Of a stretch of 64,000 nucleotides of DNA, positions 53,601-61,660 are shown piece after piece. The notes under the pieces are model-generated. The model was not told the DNA's origin, did not search any database, and was given only the letters and a program-made list of their open reading frames with translations. Source of the stretch: Planctomycetota bacterium (GTDB lineage: Bacteria > Planctomycetota > UBA1135 > UBA2386); assembly GCA_046290465.1 (NCBI GenBank), contig JBKAGP010000001.1, forward strand, positions 800,001 through 864,000, given 5' to 3'. The position numbers and the translations under genes are program-made. Positions within the stretch are counted from its first letter, which is position 1. Every line of letters starts with the position of its first letter.

Positions 53601-54304
53601 AGCTGCGCTGGGAACTGGCGGAGCTGCCCTGTGAGGTGGCGCCGGCGCTGGTCGGGCGCATGCTGGCGCTCGCGACCAGCGACGGCCGCCTGCACACGAT
53701 CGACCTCGCCGAACGCCGCCGGATCGCCGTCGACCTCGGCCAGCGCGCCTGCGACGACCTGCTGCAGCACGCCGGCAACGCGATCGTGGTTGGCGACCGC
53801 GGCCGGATCAGCTGCTGGTCGATGGACCTGAAGCCGGTCTGGAAGCGCGACCTCGACGGCGTCGACAGCCCGCGCGCCCGGCTCTCGGGCGACGTCGTCG
53901 TGGTCGGCGACGACCAGGGCCGGCTGTTCGGACTGGCCGCGAAGACCGGCGAGGTGGTCTGGCGCCGGGACGTCGGCCAGGCTCCGCTCGGACGCTTCGA
54001 AGTGGCCGCGAGCCGGGTGCTGGTCGCGACCCCGGAGCAGATCGCCCGGTTCGATGCCGCCACCGGCGCCGTGCTGGATCCGTTCCCGCGGTGCCGCGCC
54101 GACTGGGCGAGCCGCCCGTACGTGATCGGCAACCGGCTGGTTGCTGCGATGCGCGACGGCGACCTGCAGGTTCTCGATCGCGACAGCGGCAAGCCGCTCT
54201 ACCTGCTGGCGGGAGACGCCAGGAGTCGCGTGCTGCAGACGGCCGGCCGACTGTTCGTGGTCACGCCCGAACGCGAGGTCCGGTACCATGGGCCGCTGCG
54301 CTGA
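50684..54304 (+). CDS. DUF4388/MshEN/TPR/TM/PEGA/PQQ-like beta-propeller protein
   Basis: HGDLDQISLADIFQTL and LFTWKHGTFEF (DUF4388); RLGQRLIQAGLL..Q MshEN; TM helix; SQPPGATVLVNG PEGA; PQQ-like W-ending blades. Confidence 0.85.
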   Translation: MTDNREILNDAEVDFLLQGAETDAATEAPQLEDGNQTVTMHGDLDQISLADIFQTLAMSKMEGVLRVRNPLEERQVYCSDGYVRILVPARLTLRRLGQRLIQAGLLQADQLRSALVEQRKDRIPLGQLLVRDGLITQEELDEIIGMQVAEDLFALFTWKHGTFEFFKGDPGSTVLRSQFESCPEYEVNSLLLEVARRSDEWQLILDQVQSLDEIPKQVAQPANPDDLDETHDAVLNGIDGRSTYRQLADQTTLGLFDFSRAARDLAQGGILENIDDPQLIQVATELAEEGESKRAVVLLQTLRDRPGDRSLGVIRGMAEVLEQVGERRFASSLLLEAAQRSAVAEEALELARAARALVPYDPGTLSFLRTVLVAHCEPDSAELEKVTIDLLDALIDGDLVPTALEIIEDARRTDTVRPQILMREARARQKAKDVDGAVESLLELAECYLEDGNREKAAEAYDAVMRLDRSRKDVQRQLAALKRTRLGSMIRLAAILLVTALVGGMGFVWWQQSAFEAALQNAQGEIQQLLDQGDRNGARTSLDKWRTALGDCETIQDLASRVAFADAAENKRLEKIRRGRLTERMSEAAERLGRGELAAALAIYVEVHAERGMSTEVTGVVSTRLQAMLTELQRSTKELDGQLPPDPAELFDRGQLATNLASMQEACPPALLRAHDELAAMQSRSELPEFLTAVELRKIDEALAAVRPAVERIRARSTAYTAALQRNDTERRLDPLFKAAVEKETAHDFEGALELYRKLEAQPTGDPELRAHFRDRVTRNATITRLLKELDTATNAGDFGGAQQQLKALRMSFPEVPFDTLVRLPLTVVSQPPGATVLVNGLDVGATPIVLKRVPAEPTVVAVSVDGFDQVEQTFTGDQNSTWTAQLTLQPLRVRSHDGAVETPPTLLPSGDLVFVDRSGDVTRLDPTLRAAAWKFPSNDLSGYLSPALLVDDQLLVASLDGKLRGIGADDGKLRWELAELPCEVAPALVGRMLALATSDGRLHTIDLAERRRIAVDLGQRACDDLLQHAGNAIVVGDRGRISCWSMDLKPVWKRDLDGVDSPRARLSGDVVVVGDDQGRLFGLAAKTGEVVWRRDVGQAPLGRFEVAASRVLVATPEQIARFDAATGAVLDPFPRCRADWASRPYVIGNRLVAAMRDGDLQVLDRDSGKPLYLLAGDARSRVLQTAGRLFVVTPEREVRYHGPLR

Positions 54305-54628
54305 CGGCGGACCGACGTCGGTTCCACGACACCCCGTCTGGAAAAGGCCACGGTTGCCGCGCGAGCTTGCGGTCCCTCCGTTGCGAACGACGGTGCAGCG
54401 CATGCAGCGGCGCTCCGATCGGTTGCCCGGGCCCGAAACCCGTCCGAGAAAGGCGACTAGAAGGCCGCACCCGCCCACGTTGCGGTGTGCGGATCGGCAG
54501 CTTCAGCCCGCGCGGTTCCCCCGACGGGACCCGCAGCACCCTCGGTTGTCCCGGTGCCATGGGCCGTTGCCGTCGAGACCCGGTGCCAGCCAAACCTTTT
54601 CGGATTCTGATGCACCAGACATGCAACG

Positions 54629-54644
54629 CGGCACGTGCCTTGCT
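54629..54644 (+). promoter_or_regulatory. sigma-54 (-24/-12) promoter
   Basis: CGGCAC-GTGCC-TTGCT matches YGGCAC-N5-TTGCW with exact GG-N10-GC spacing, 47 nt before the PEP-CTERM gene. Confidence 0.75.
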
Positions 54645-54691
54645 CGTTGCGTGGCAGCCCCCGCGCTTCCAAGTGCGGACCTGAGATACCC

Positions 54692-55162
54692 ATGCGCAAG
54701 TTCCTGTCCATCAACCTGCTGATCGCCTGCTTCGCCCTGCCGTCGTGCTCCGACGGCGCCGGCACCCTCGTCACCTCGACGGACGGTCCCGAGGCACCGA
54801 TCAACGACCCGGACTCCGGCGTGTTCAACCCGGGCAACGGTGGCTCCAACGGCGGCTCGAGCGGCGGTGGCAACACGGCCGAGCCGACCGGCAACGGCGG
54901 CAGCGGCGCGAGCGGCGGCGCCGGCTCCGAAGGTGGCGAGCAGATCGATCCGGGCGGTGGCGGCGGCGGCGGCAACGGTTCGTCCGGGGCCAACAACGGC
55001 GGTAGCGCCGGCGGCGGCGGCTCGAGCGTCGGCCAGGAAGGCGGCGGCAGCAGCAGCCAGCCGGTCCCCGAGCCGGGCACCCTGCTGCTGGTCGGCAGCG
55101 GCCTCGCCGGAGTCGGCGCCTCGCTGCTGCGCCGGCGCCGCAAGCGCGAGCAGACGGCGTGA
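54692..55162 (+). CDS. Gly-rich PEP-CTERM sorting-domain protein with putative lipoprotein signal
   Basis: VPEPGTLLLVGSGLAGVGASLLRRRRKR C-terminus; N-terminal ...FALPSC. Confidence 0.9.
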   Translation: MRKFLSINLLIACFALPSCSDGAGTLVTSTDGPEAPINDPDSGVFNPGNGGSNGGSSGGGNTAEPTGNGGSGASGGAGSEGGEQIDPGGGGGGGNGSSGANNGGSAGGGGSSVGQEGGGSSSQPVPEPGTLLLVGSGLAGVGASLLRRRRKREQTA

Positions 55163-55253
55163 CGCAGCCGGCCTGACGAACGGCCCCCGCGCGGCGCGCC
55201 GAACGCCGCCCCTCGCAACGCCGGCACCCTGCCCGCAAGATGACGGGCAGCCG

Positions 55254-56204
55254 ATGTCCCGCCCCGAGCCGCACCCGATCGTCCTGACCTCGCGCATCCC
55301 CAACGAGGCCGCGGGACGCACCCTGCTCGAGTTCCTGGCGCAGCGGTTCCGCTACCACGACGGCGCCCACTGGCAGCAGGAACTCGCCCAGCGGCGGCTG
55401 CAGCTCGACGGACGGCCGGCGGCCGGTGACGAAGTCCTGCGCCCCGGCATGCGGCTGCGCTACGAGAAGCTGCACCGGGAGCCGGCCGTCGACCTCGGCT
55501 ACACCGTGCTGCACGAGGACCGCCACCTGCTGGTGGTCGACAAGCCGGCGCACCTGCCGATGCACGCCGACGGGCCGTTCATCCGCAACACCCTGATCTG
55601 GAAGCTGCGACAGGACCACGGCGAGACCCTGCAGCTGGTGCACCGGCTCGACCGCGAAACCAGCGGCGCGGTGGTCGTGGCACGCGACAAGCGCGCGCAG
55701 GCGGCGATCCAGCGGCAGTTCGGCGAAGGGCTGCACAAGCGCTACCTGGCGGTCGTGCGCGGCGAGGTGACGGAGCCCCTCGTATGCGACGAGCCGATCG
55801 GCCACCACGCGCGCAGTGAGGTCCGGCTGCGCCGCAGCGCCGCACCAGACGCCGAACGGCCGCAGGCCGCGCGCACCGCGGTGACCCCGGTGCGGCGCGG
55901 TACCGGCCGTTCGCTGGTCGCGTGCGAGCCGACCACCGGCCGCACCCACCAACTGCGCGCCCACCTCGAACACCGCGGCCACCCGATCGTCGGCGACAAG
56001 CTCTACGGCCGCCCCGACGCCGACTACCTCGCCTTCGTGCGCCGGATGAAGGCCGGCGACAGCGTGTTCGTCGAACGCGACGGCGAGCCCAACCGGCAGC
56101 TGCTGCACGCGGCCGCGATCACGTTCTGCCATCCACAGGACGGTCGCCAGGTGACCTACACGGCGCCGTTGCCCGACGAGTTCGAGCGCTGGCTGTTGTG
56201 CTAG
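55254..56204 (+). CDS. RluA-family pseudouridine synthase
   Basis: VVDKPAHL, HRLDRETSG, TGRTHQLRAHL, GHPIVGDKLYG, QLLHA. Confidence 0.95.
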   Translation: MSRPEPHPIVLTSRIPNEAAGRTLLEFLAQRFRYHDGAHWQQELAQRRLQLDGRPAAGDEVLRPGMRLRYEKLHREPAVDLGYTVLHEDRHLLVVDKPAHLPMHADGPFIRNTLIWKLRQDHGETLQLVHRLDRETSGAVVVARDKRAQAAIQRQFGEGLHKRYLAVVRGEVTEPLVCDEPIGHHARSEVRLRRSAAPDAERPQAARTAVTPVRRGTGRSLVACEPTTGRTHQLRAHLEHRGHPIVGDKLYGRPDADYLAFVRRMKAGDSVFVERDGEPNRQLLHAAAITFCHPQDGRQVTYTAPLPDEFERWLLC

Positions 56205-56244
56205 CAGGCGCTGCGTGCACGATCTCGGCATGCAGTGGATCGGC

Positions 56245-56982
56245 ATGCACTGGAACCGCACGTGGACCGCGCTTCTGGCCTCGTTGCTGTTGGTCGCCTG
56301 CGAGGGCACCCCGCCGCCCGCGCCGCGGCCGACGGACGGCGGTGCGGTCCGGCATGCACCGCCGCCCGATGACGTCGAGGCCGCCTGCCGCGCGCTGCAC
56401 CAAGCCCCCGCGCACCGCTGGACCGAACTGCTGCCGGCCGTGACCGCCGCCGGGGCGCGCGCCGAACAGCCGCTGATCGCGCTGCTCCGCCAGCAGCCAG
56501 CCGCCGACGGGGCGCAGGCGAGCCTGGCCGCGCTGGGGCGGATCGGCGGCGCGGCCGCCGTGACGTTCTGTCGGCAGCTGGTCGAAGAGCGCGCGCCGCA
56601 GGCGGTCGAAGCCGCGCTGGCGCTCGCCGAACTGCCCGGCGAAGCCGACGACGAGGTGCTGCTCGCGTGCCTGCAGGATCGCCACAGCGACGCGTCGCTG
56701 CGCACCGCCGCGGCGTGCGCGCTCGCCCGCCACGGCGAACGAGACCACGCCGCGCGCTGGGTCGGGGCCGTGGTGCGCGCCGGCACCCCCGCCGGCCGCG
56801 CCGACGAACGCGCGCTCGGCCTGCCGGGCAAGTCGCGCTGGGCGCGCGAACGCTACTTCGTGCAGCGCACCCTGCTGGCGCTCGGCCACCGGGACCTGTG
56901 CGAACGTCTCGACACCGACGCCTCGTGGCCGACGCTCGAGAAGCTCGCACCGGAGATCGAAGCGCGCCTGCGCGGCAACTGA
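56245..56982 (+). CDS. HEAT-repeat lipoprotein
   Basis: LLVAC lipobox; ALGRIGG, AALALAEL, RTAAACALA repeats; start may be 56215/56230. Confidence 0.7.
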   Translation: MHWNRTWTALLASLLLVACEGTPPPAPRPTDGGAVRHAPPPDDVEAACRALHQAPAHRWTELLPAVTAAGARAEQPLIALLRQQPAADGAQASLAALGRIGGAAAVTFCRQLVEERAPQAVEAALALAELPGEADDEVLLACLQDRHSDASLRTAAACALARHGERDHAARWVGAVVRAGTPAGRADERALGLPGKSRWARERYFVQRTLLALGHRDLCERLDTDASWPTLEKLAPEIEARLRGN

Positions 56983-57009
56983 GCACCGGTGCGCGGATGC
57001 GGCGGCCAA

Positions 57010-57053
57010 TGCTGCCGCTGGGGTGTGCTGCCGCTGGGCTTGCTGCCGTTGGC
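57010..57053. repeat. short tandem repeat, 3 x TGCTGCCGYTGG
   Basis: TGCTGCCGCTGGGGTG TGCTGCCGCTGGGCT TGCTGCCGTTGGC between convergent genes. Confidence 0.6.
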
Positions 57054-57072
57054 TGCCCTGCCGCCGCGGCCC

Positions 57073-57642
57073 CTACGGGAACGCCTGCGCCACCGTCTGC
57101 ACGTGCACGTCGCTGACCGAACCGTTGCGCATCACCACGCGCCCCTTGCACGGCATGCCGTTGCGTTCGGCCTCGACCTGGACCTCGATCTCGTCGGTGA
57201 ACTGCGCGTCGGTCAGGTCGCCGAGCAGCCGCAGGTTGCGGTAGCCCAGCTGCAGCAGGCGGGTCTCGATGACCGCGACGATGCGGCTGGCCGGCGAGTC
57301 CGCGCGGCCGACGTGCTCGGCGGGGTCGCCGTCGACCGCCGCAGCCGGCGTCGTCGCCGGGATCTTGACGACGTGCTCGCTGGCACGCTGGGTCACCTCG
57401 CGCAGGTCCTCGAGGTCGTCGTGCAACCGATCCAGCTGCTCGGTGACGCGGCCCAGGCCCTTCTTGTCGACGCTCGCCGCCAGCTCGCGCACCCGGTCGT
57501 CGAGCGACTTGAGGCGCTCGTCGAGGCTGCGGATGCCGGCGAGCTTCTGCAGGTGTTCTTCGAAGCGCACCATGCGAAGGTGCACCAGCACGTAGCCCAC
57601 GAGGAGCGCGACGAAGAACAGGGTGAACTGCAGGGGACTCAT
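57073..57642 (-). CDS. hypothetical membrane-anchored coiled-coil protein
   Basis: N-terminal TM, heptad-rich segment, small C-terminal alpha/beta domain; TAGAAT -10-like box upstream. Confidence 0.75.
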   Translation of the reverse strand: MSPLQFTLFFVALLVGYVLVHLRMVRFEEHLQKLAGIRSLDERLKSLDDRVRELAASVDKKGLGRVTEQLDRLHDDLEDLREVTQRASEHVVKIPATTPAAAVDGDPAEHVGRADSPASRIVAVIETRLLQLGYRNLRLLGDLTDAQFTDEIEVQVEAERNGMPCKGRVVMRNGSVSDVHVQTVAQAFP

Positions 57643-57722
57643 CTACGCGGGCATTCTAGCAGCAAGCGCCGTCCCGACGTAGTGCGCACGCAAAACGTCT
57701 GCGGAGCGCCGCTGCGGCGGCG

Positions 57723-59870
57723 TCACGCCGCCTGGCTGCGCCGCGACGCGTCGCGCCCGAAGACCAGCAGGAACGCGACCAGCGCGGCCGGACCGAGCAA
57801 CATCGACAGCCACCACCACGAAGTCCCGAGCAGCACCATCGGCAGGTAGCCGCACAGTGTCGCCGTTGCCATGGTCAGCACCGCGTACGGGATCTGCGTC
57901 TGCACGTGGTGCAGGTGGTCGCAGCGGGTGCCGAGCGACGACAGCACGGTGGTGTCGCTGATCGGGGAGCAGTGGTCGCCGAAGATCGAACCCTCGAGCA
58001 CCGAACCGATCGTCAGCACCATCAGCGCCGGCCCTCCAAACGACGACTCGGCGCCGATCGTGTGCGACAGCACCACCACGTTGGGCAGCAGGATCGCCAT
58101 CGTGCCGTACGACGTGCCGGTCGCGAACGCGATCAGGCCGGCCAGCAGGAACATCAGGATCGGCAGGATCGCCGCGCTCATCAGGTCGCGGAACGCCGCA
58201 GTCAGGTAGAACGCGGTGCCGAGGTCCTTGCAGGTCTGGCCGATGCACCACGCCAGCAGCAGGATCACGATCGCGATGCCGAGCGACTTCGCCGACCGCA
58301 AGGCGCTGCCGACCACCTGCGACACCGACAGGATGCGCTGGCCGATCGCCAGGCCCGCCGCGGTCACCAGGGCCCACATCGCCGACCACATCAGCGCCTT
58401 TTCGGTGGATGACTGGCCGAGGATGTAGCGCGACCGTTCGAGCAGGCCGTCGAGCGAGTCCGGCACCGCGTAGTTGCCGTCCGCGTCGTAGGCGCCGTAA
58501 TAGTAGATCAGGTACAGCGTCACCGCGATCAGCACGCCGACCGGCAGGAAGCCGTTGATCGCGCGCCGCGGCGCGCCTTCGGGCGGCTGCATCTCGGCGA
58601 TGTCGCCGCCGACCATCGGGTTGGCGTCGTCGGCGATCGGCTTGCCCTCGTGCCGCGCGCGGCGTTCGGCCTTGAGCATCGGCCCGAAGTCGCGCCGCAT
58701 CAGGATCGACAGCCCGATCAGCATCAGCGCGAACAGGCAGTAGAAGCGGAACGGGATCGTCTGCACGAACACCGCGAACGCGTCGCTGGCGAGATACGGA
58801 TCGCCGGCCTCGTTGGTCACCAGCGTCAACGGCGCGCGGTACTGCGTGATCTCGTAGGCGATCCAGGTCGAGAAGATCGACAGGCCCGCGATCGGAGCGG
58901 CGGTCGAGTCGACGATGTAGGCGATCTTCTCGCGGCTGACGCCGTTCTTGTCGCCGAGCGGCTGCATCGTCGTGCCGGCGATGATGCAGTTGCTGTAGTC
59001 GTCGAAGAAGATCAGCAGGCCCGTCAGCCAGGTGCAGATCTGCGTGCTGACCGGCCCCTTCGCGAAGCGGCTGATCCACTGCACCATGCCCTGGATGCCG
59101 CCGCTCTTGGACATCACGCCGATGGCCATGAACAGGAACACGACGAACACGATGATGCGCGCCTGGAAGCCGGCGCTCGACGTCCAGACCGGCTCACTGT
59201 CGCCGATGCCGAGCCAGGTCTGCGGCTGGCCCAGGATGTCGGACCAGAGCGTGTCCGACAGCAGGTGCCACAGCCCGGTCAACGGCGACAGCAACGCGCC
59301 GCCGATGCCGACGTCGGCGCCGACCGCGCCCATGCCGGTCGCGAGGTACCAGGCCGTTCCGGCCAGCGAACCGAGGAACAGCGACATCACGATGCGCTGC
59401 GTCGCGATCGCCAGGATGATCGCCAGGAACGCGGGGATCAGGCTGCCGCGGCTCGGATAGGCCCAGGTCTCGGTCGGCCCGCCCTCGCCCAGCTGCGCCT
59501 GCACGCCGTGGTCGCCGGCCAGGATCAGCATGCCGATCGGTGCCCGGTCCTGGTCGACGAAGCGTTTGTCGGCTTCGGTGCCGGCCTCGATCGTGCGCGC
59601 GGCGGCCCACTCGGCCGCGGCCCGCTGGCAGTCGGCGGCCTGCTCGGCCGAGACCACCGGGTCCATCGGACTGAGCCGGTACTCGACCAGGATCGGCGGG
59701 ATGCCGCCGTTCTCGACCAGGTCCGCGAGCGGTCCGTCAGCGGCCAGCAGCCACTCGCGCACCTTCAGCGTTCCCAGGTAGGCCCGGCCGGTGGTCGTGT
59801 CCGGCGACGGGATCAGGAAGAACAGCAGCGCGAACGCGGCGGCCGTGATCAGACGGAGGCGACGATTCAT
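57723..59870 (-). CDS. Na+/H+ antiporter NhaC-family protein
   Basis: IFFDDY, SREKIAYIVDSTAAP, FATGTSYGTM, GSIFGDHCSPISDTTVLSS, HVQTQIPYA. Confidence 0.92.
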   Translation of the reverse strand: MNRRLRLITAAAFALLFFLIPSPDTTTGRAYLGTLKVREWLLAADGPLADLVENGGIPPILVEYRLSPMDPVVSAEQAADCQRAAAEWAAARTIEAGTEADKRFVDQDRAPIGMLILAGDHGVQAQLGEGGPTETWAYPSRGSLIPAFLAIILAIATQRIVMSLFLGSLAGTAWYLATGMGAVGADVGIGGALLSPLTGLWHLLSDTLWSDILGQPQTWLGIGDSEPVWTSSAGFQARIIVFVVFLFMAIGVMSKSGGIQGMVQWISRFAKGPVSTQICTWLTGLLIFFDDYSNCIIAGTTMQPLGDKNGVSREKIAYIVDSTAAPIAGLSIFSTWIAYEITQYRAPLTLVTNEAGDPYLASDAFAVFVQTIPFRFYCLFALMLIGLSILMRRDFGPMLKAERRARHEGKPIADDANPMVGGDIAEMQPPEGAPRRAINGFLPVGVLIAVTLYLIYYYGAYDADGNYAVPDSLDGLLERSRYILGQSSTEKALMWSAMWALVTAAGLAIGQRILSVSQVVGSALRSAKSLGIAIVILLLAWCIGQTCKDLGTAFYLTAAFRDLMSAAILPILMFLLAGLIAFATGTSYGTMAILLPNVVVLSHTIGAESSFGGPALMVLTIGSVLEGSIFGDHCSPISDTTVLSSLGTRCDHLHHVQTQIPYAVLTMATATLCGYLPMVLLGTSWWWLSMLLGPAALVAFLLVFGRDASRRSQAA

Positions 59871-59949
59871 GGCGGGCCGCTATCTGAGCAGACGACCACG
59901 CCCATCGCTAGCCGAAGCAGCGGGCGGAGGCAGGCTCGGGACCGCAGGG

Positions 59950-60032
59950 GCTAGGAGCGCGTCCATGTAGTGGACGCGCTGCCAACCGTGATCACGGAAG
60001 CGGCGTGTACGCATGCGGACGGGGCTTTGCCT
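59950..60032 (+). repeat. 83-bp dispersed palindromic intergenic repeat, copy 3
   Basis: GCTAGGAGCGCGTCCATGTAGTGGACGCGCT...GGGGCTTTGCCT. Confidence 0.92.
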
Positions 60033-60033
60033 G

Positions 60034-61095
60034 CTAGCGACCGCGCAGCGCGTCGCGCAGGCTGCGGCCGCGCTCGTCGAGTTCGTCGGACAGCAGCAGG
60101 GCGCGCACCAGCCAGAGCCGCGCCAGCCGCGGCGCCGCAGCGTGCACCGCGGCCAGGCCCATCTCGATCGCCTCCCGCTGGGTCGAGTCGACCGGTTCGA
60201 CCGCGATCGTCGCGACCGTCGGATAGCTCTGTCCGCTGGCGCTGCGCAGGTGCACGGTGGTGCGCTGCGGCCGCGTGCCGGCCACCGCACCTTCCTGCAA
60301 GCCCTCCTGCCACAGCAGCCGCACGCGCCGCTTGCGCGGCAGCGGCGCAGCGCTCGGCAGGCCGTCGGTGCCGACGGCGGCCGACCAGTCCTCCCCCAGC
60401 TCGGCCATCGCGGCGAGCTCGCTGGCCGGCGCCCAGCGCGTGTCACCGGCGAGGCGCTCAACCACCAGATCGGCCGCCAGCACCTCCCCGGCGCGCAGGT
60501 GCGCGACGATCGCCGCCTCGGCCGCCTGCTCGGCGCGCGCCAGTCGCTCGGCAAACTGCTGCACGGCGCGCGCCTGCTCCTGGTCGCCGCCGACCTGCGG
60601 GCGCAGCCGCTGCAGCAGCTCGCTGGCGCGCGGCAACGCACCGTCGTCGAGATGCGCGCGCAGCAGCGACATCAGGCTGGCGAAGCGATCGGGTTCGAGG
60701 CCCGGCTCGGGCTCCGGCAGGCGGGCGCGCTCGCTCGCCGGCTTGCCCGGCAGGCCTGCGCCCGACGCGTCGGTCTCGGGATCCGCAGCGGGGTCCGTCT
60801 CTCCGGTGGGCGCCGCCGCGAGCACGTTGCCCGGACCCGCGCCGTCCGCCGGCTGCCGGCGATCCCCGTCGACGCGCTGGCCCTGGCCGTCGACCTTTTC
60901 GGCGTCCGGCTGCGAGCCGCGCCGTTCGCCCTGGTCGCCGCGCCCCGGATCGCTGGCCGAACCGAACCAGCCCATGCCGTAGCCGAGCAGCCACAGGGCC
61001 CCGGCGACCAGCAGCGCGTAGGCGGAGCGACGACGACGCCGGCCGCGGGGTCGCTTCGGGGCGGAGCGCAGCTGGTTGTCGTCGACCTGGGCCAT
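60034..61095 (-). CDS. hypothetical bitopic membrane protein
   Basis: Basic N-terminus, TM (YALLVAGALWLLGYGMGWF), Pro/Gly linker, helical domain. Confidence 0.7.
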   Translation of the reverse strand: MAQVDDNQLRSAPKRPRGRRRRRSAYALLVAGALWLLGYGMGWFGSASDPGRGDQGERRGSQPDAEKVDGQGQRVDGDRRQPADGAGPGNVLAAAPTGETDPAADPETDASGAGLPGKPASERARLPEPEPGLEPDRFASLMSLLRAHLDDGALPRASELLQRLRPQVGGDQEQARAVQQFAERLARAEQAAEAAIVAHLRAGEVLAADLVVERLAGDTRWAPASELAAMAELGEDWSAAVGTDGLPSAAPLPRKRRVRLLWQEGLQEGAVAGTRPQRTTVHLRSASGQSYPTVATIAVEPVDSTQREAIEMGLAAVHAAAPRLARLWLVRALLLSDELDERGRSLRDALRGR

Positions 61096-61099
61096 GCCT

Positions 61100-61660
61100 C
61101 TATTGTCGCACTTCGACCGCCTTGCGATGAAGCCGAAGCACGCTCTCCTCGGTAGTGAACTGCGCAAGCTCCGCCACCGGCACCCACTCGAGCCGGTTGG
61201 ACTCGTCCGACATCACCAGCTGCTGGCCCGGCTCGGCCTGCAGCAGGAAGCGCACGTCCCAGTGCAGGTGCTCGGGGTCCTGCCGGCGCGCCGGGATCGG
61301 GTGCACGTCGAGATCGAGCGGCACCAAGGCCGCGCCCGCCCACGGTACGAACGTGAACCGCTGCATGCCCGACTCCTCCTGCGCTTCGCGCAGGCAGGCC
61401 CGCTCGACCGCGGCCTCGCCGTCGACGTGGCCGCCGAGCTGCAGCCACTTGCCGAGCTTCTTGTGGTGCGTCAGCAGCGCGTGCCGCCCGTCCGGCGACA
61501 GGATCCACGCCGACGCAGTGACGTGCCCGGGCACGCACGAACGCAGCAGGCAGTCGTCGTGGGCAGCGACGAACCGCTTGAACCGCGCCGTGCGCTGCCG
61601 TTCGTCCGGCCAACGCTCGCCGTAGCGGCGCAGCAGCTCCTGCAGCGGGTCCCGATGCAT
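61100..61660 (-). CDS. NUDIX hydrolase
   Basis: GHVTASAWI, HHKKLGKWLQLGGHVDG, ACLREAQEESG Nudix box, HLHWDVRF. Confidence 0.92.
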   Translation of the reverse strand: MHRDPLQELLRRYGERWPDERQRTARFKRFVAAHDDCLLRSCVPGHVTASAWILSPDGRHALLTHHKKLGKWLQLGGHVDGEAAVERACLREAQEESGMQRFTFVPWAGAALVPLDLDVHPIPARRQDPEHLHWDVRFLLQAEPGQQLVMSDESNRLEWVPVAELAQFTTEESVLRLHRKAVEVRQ

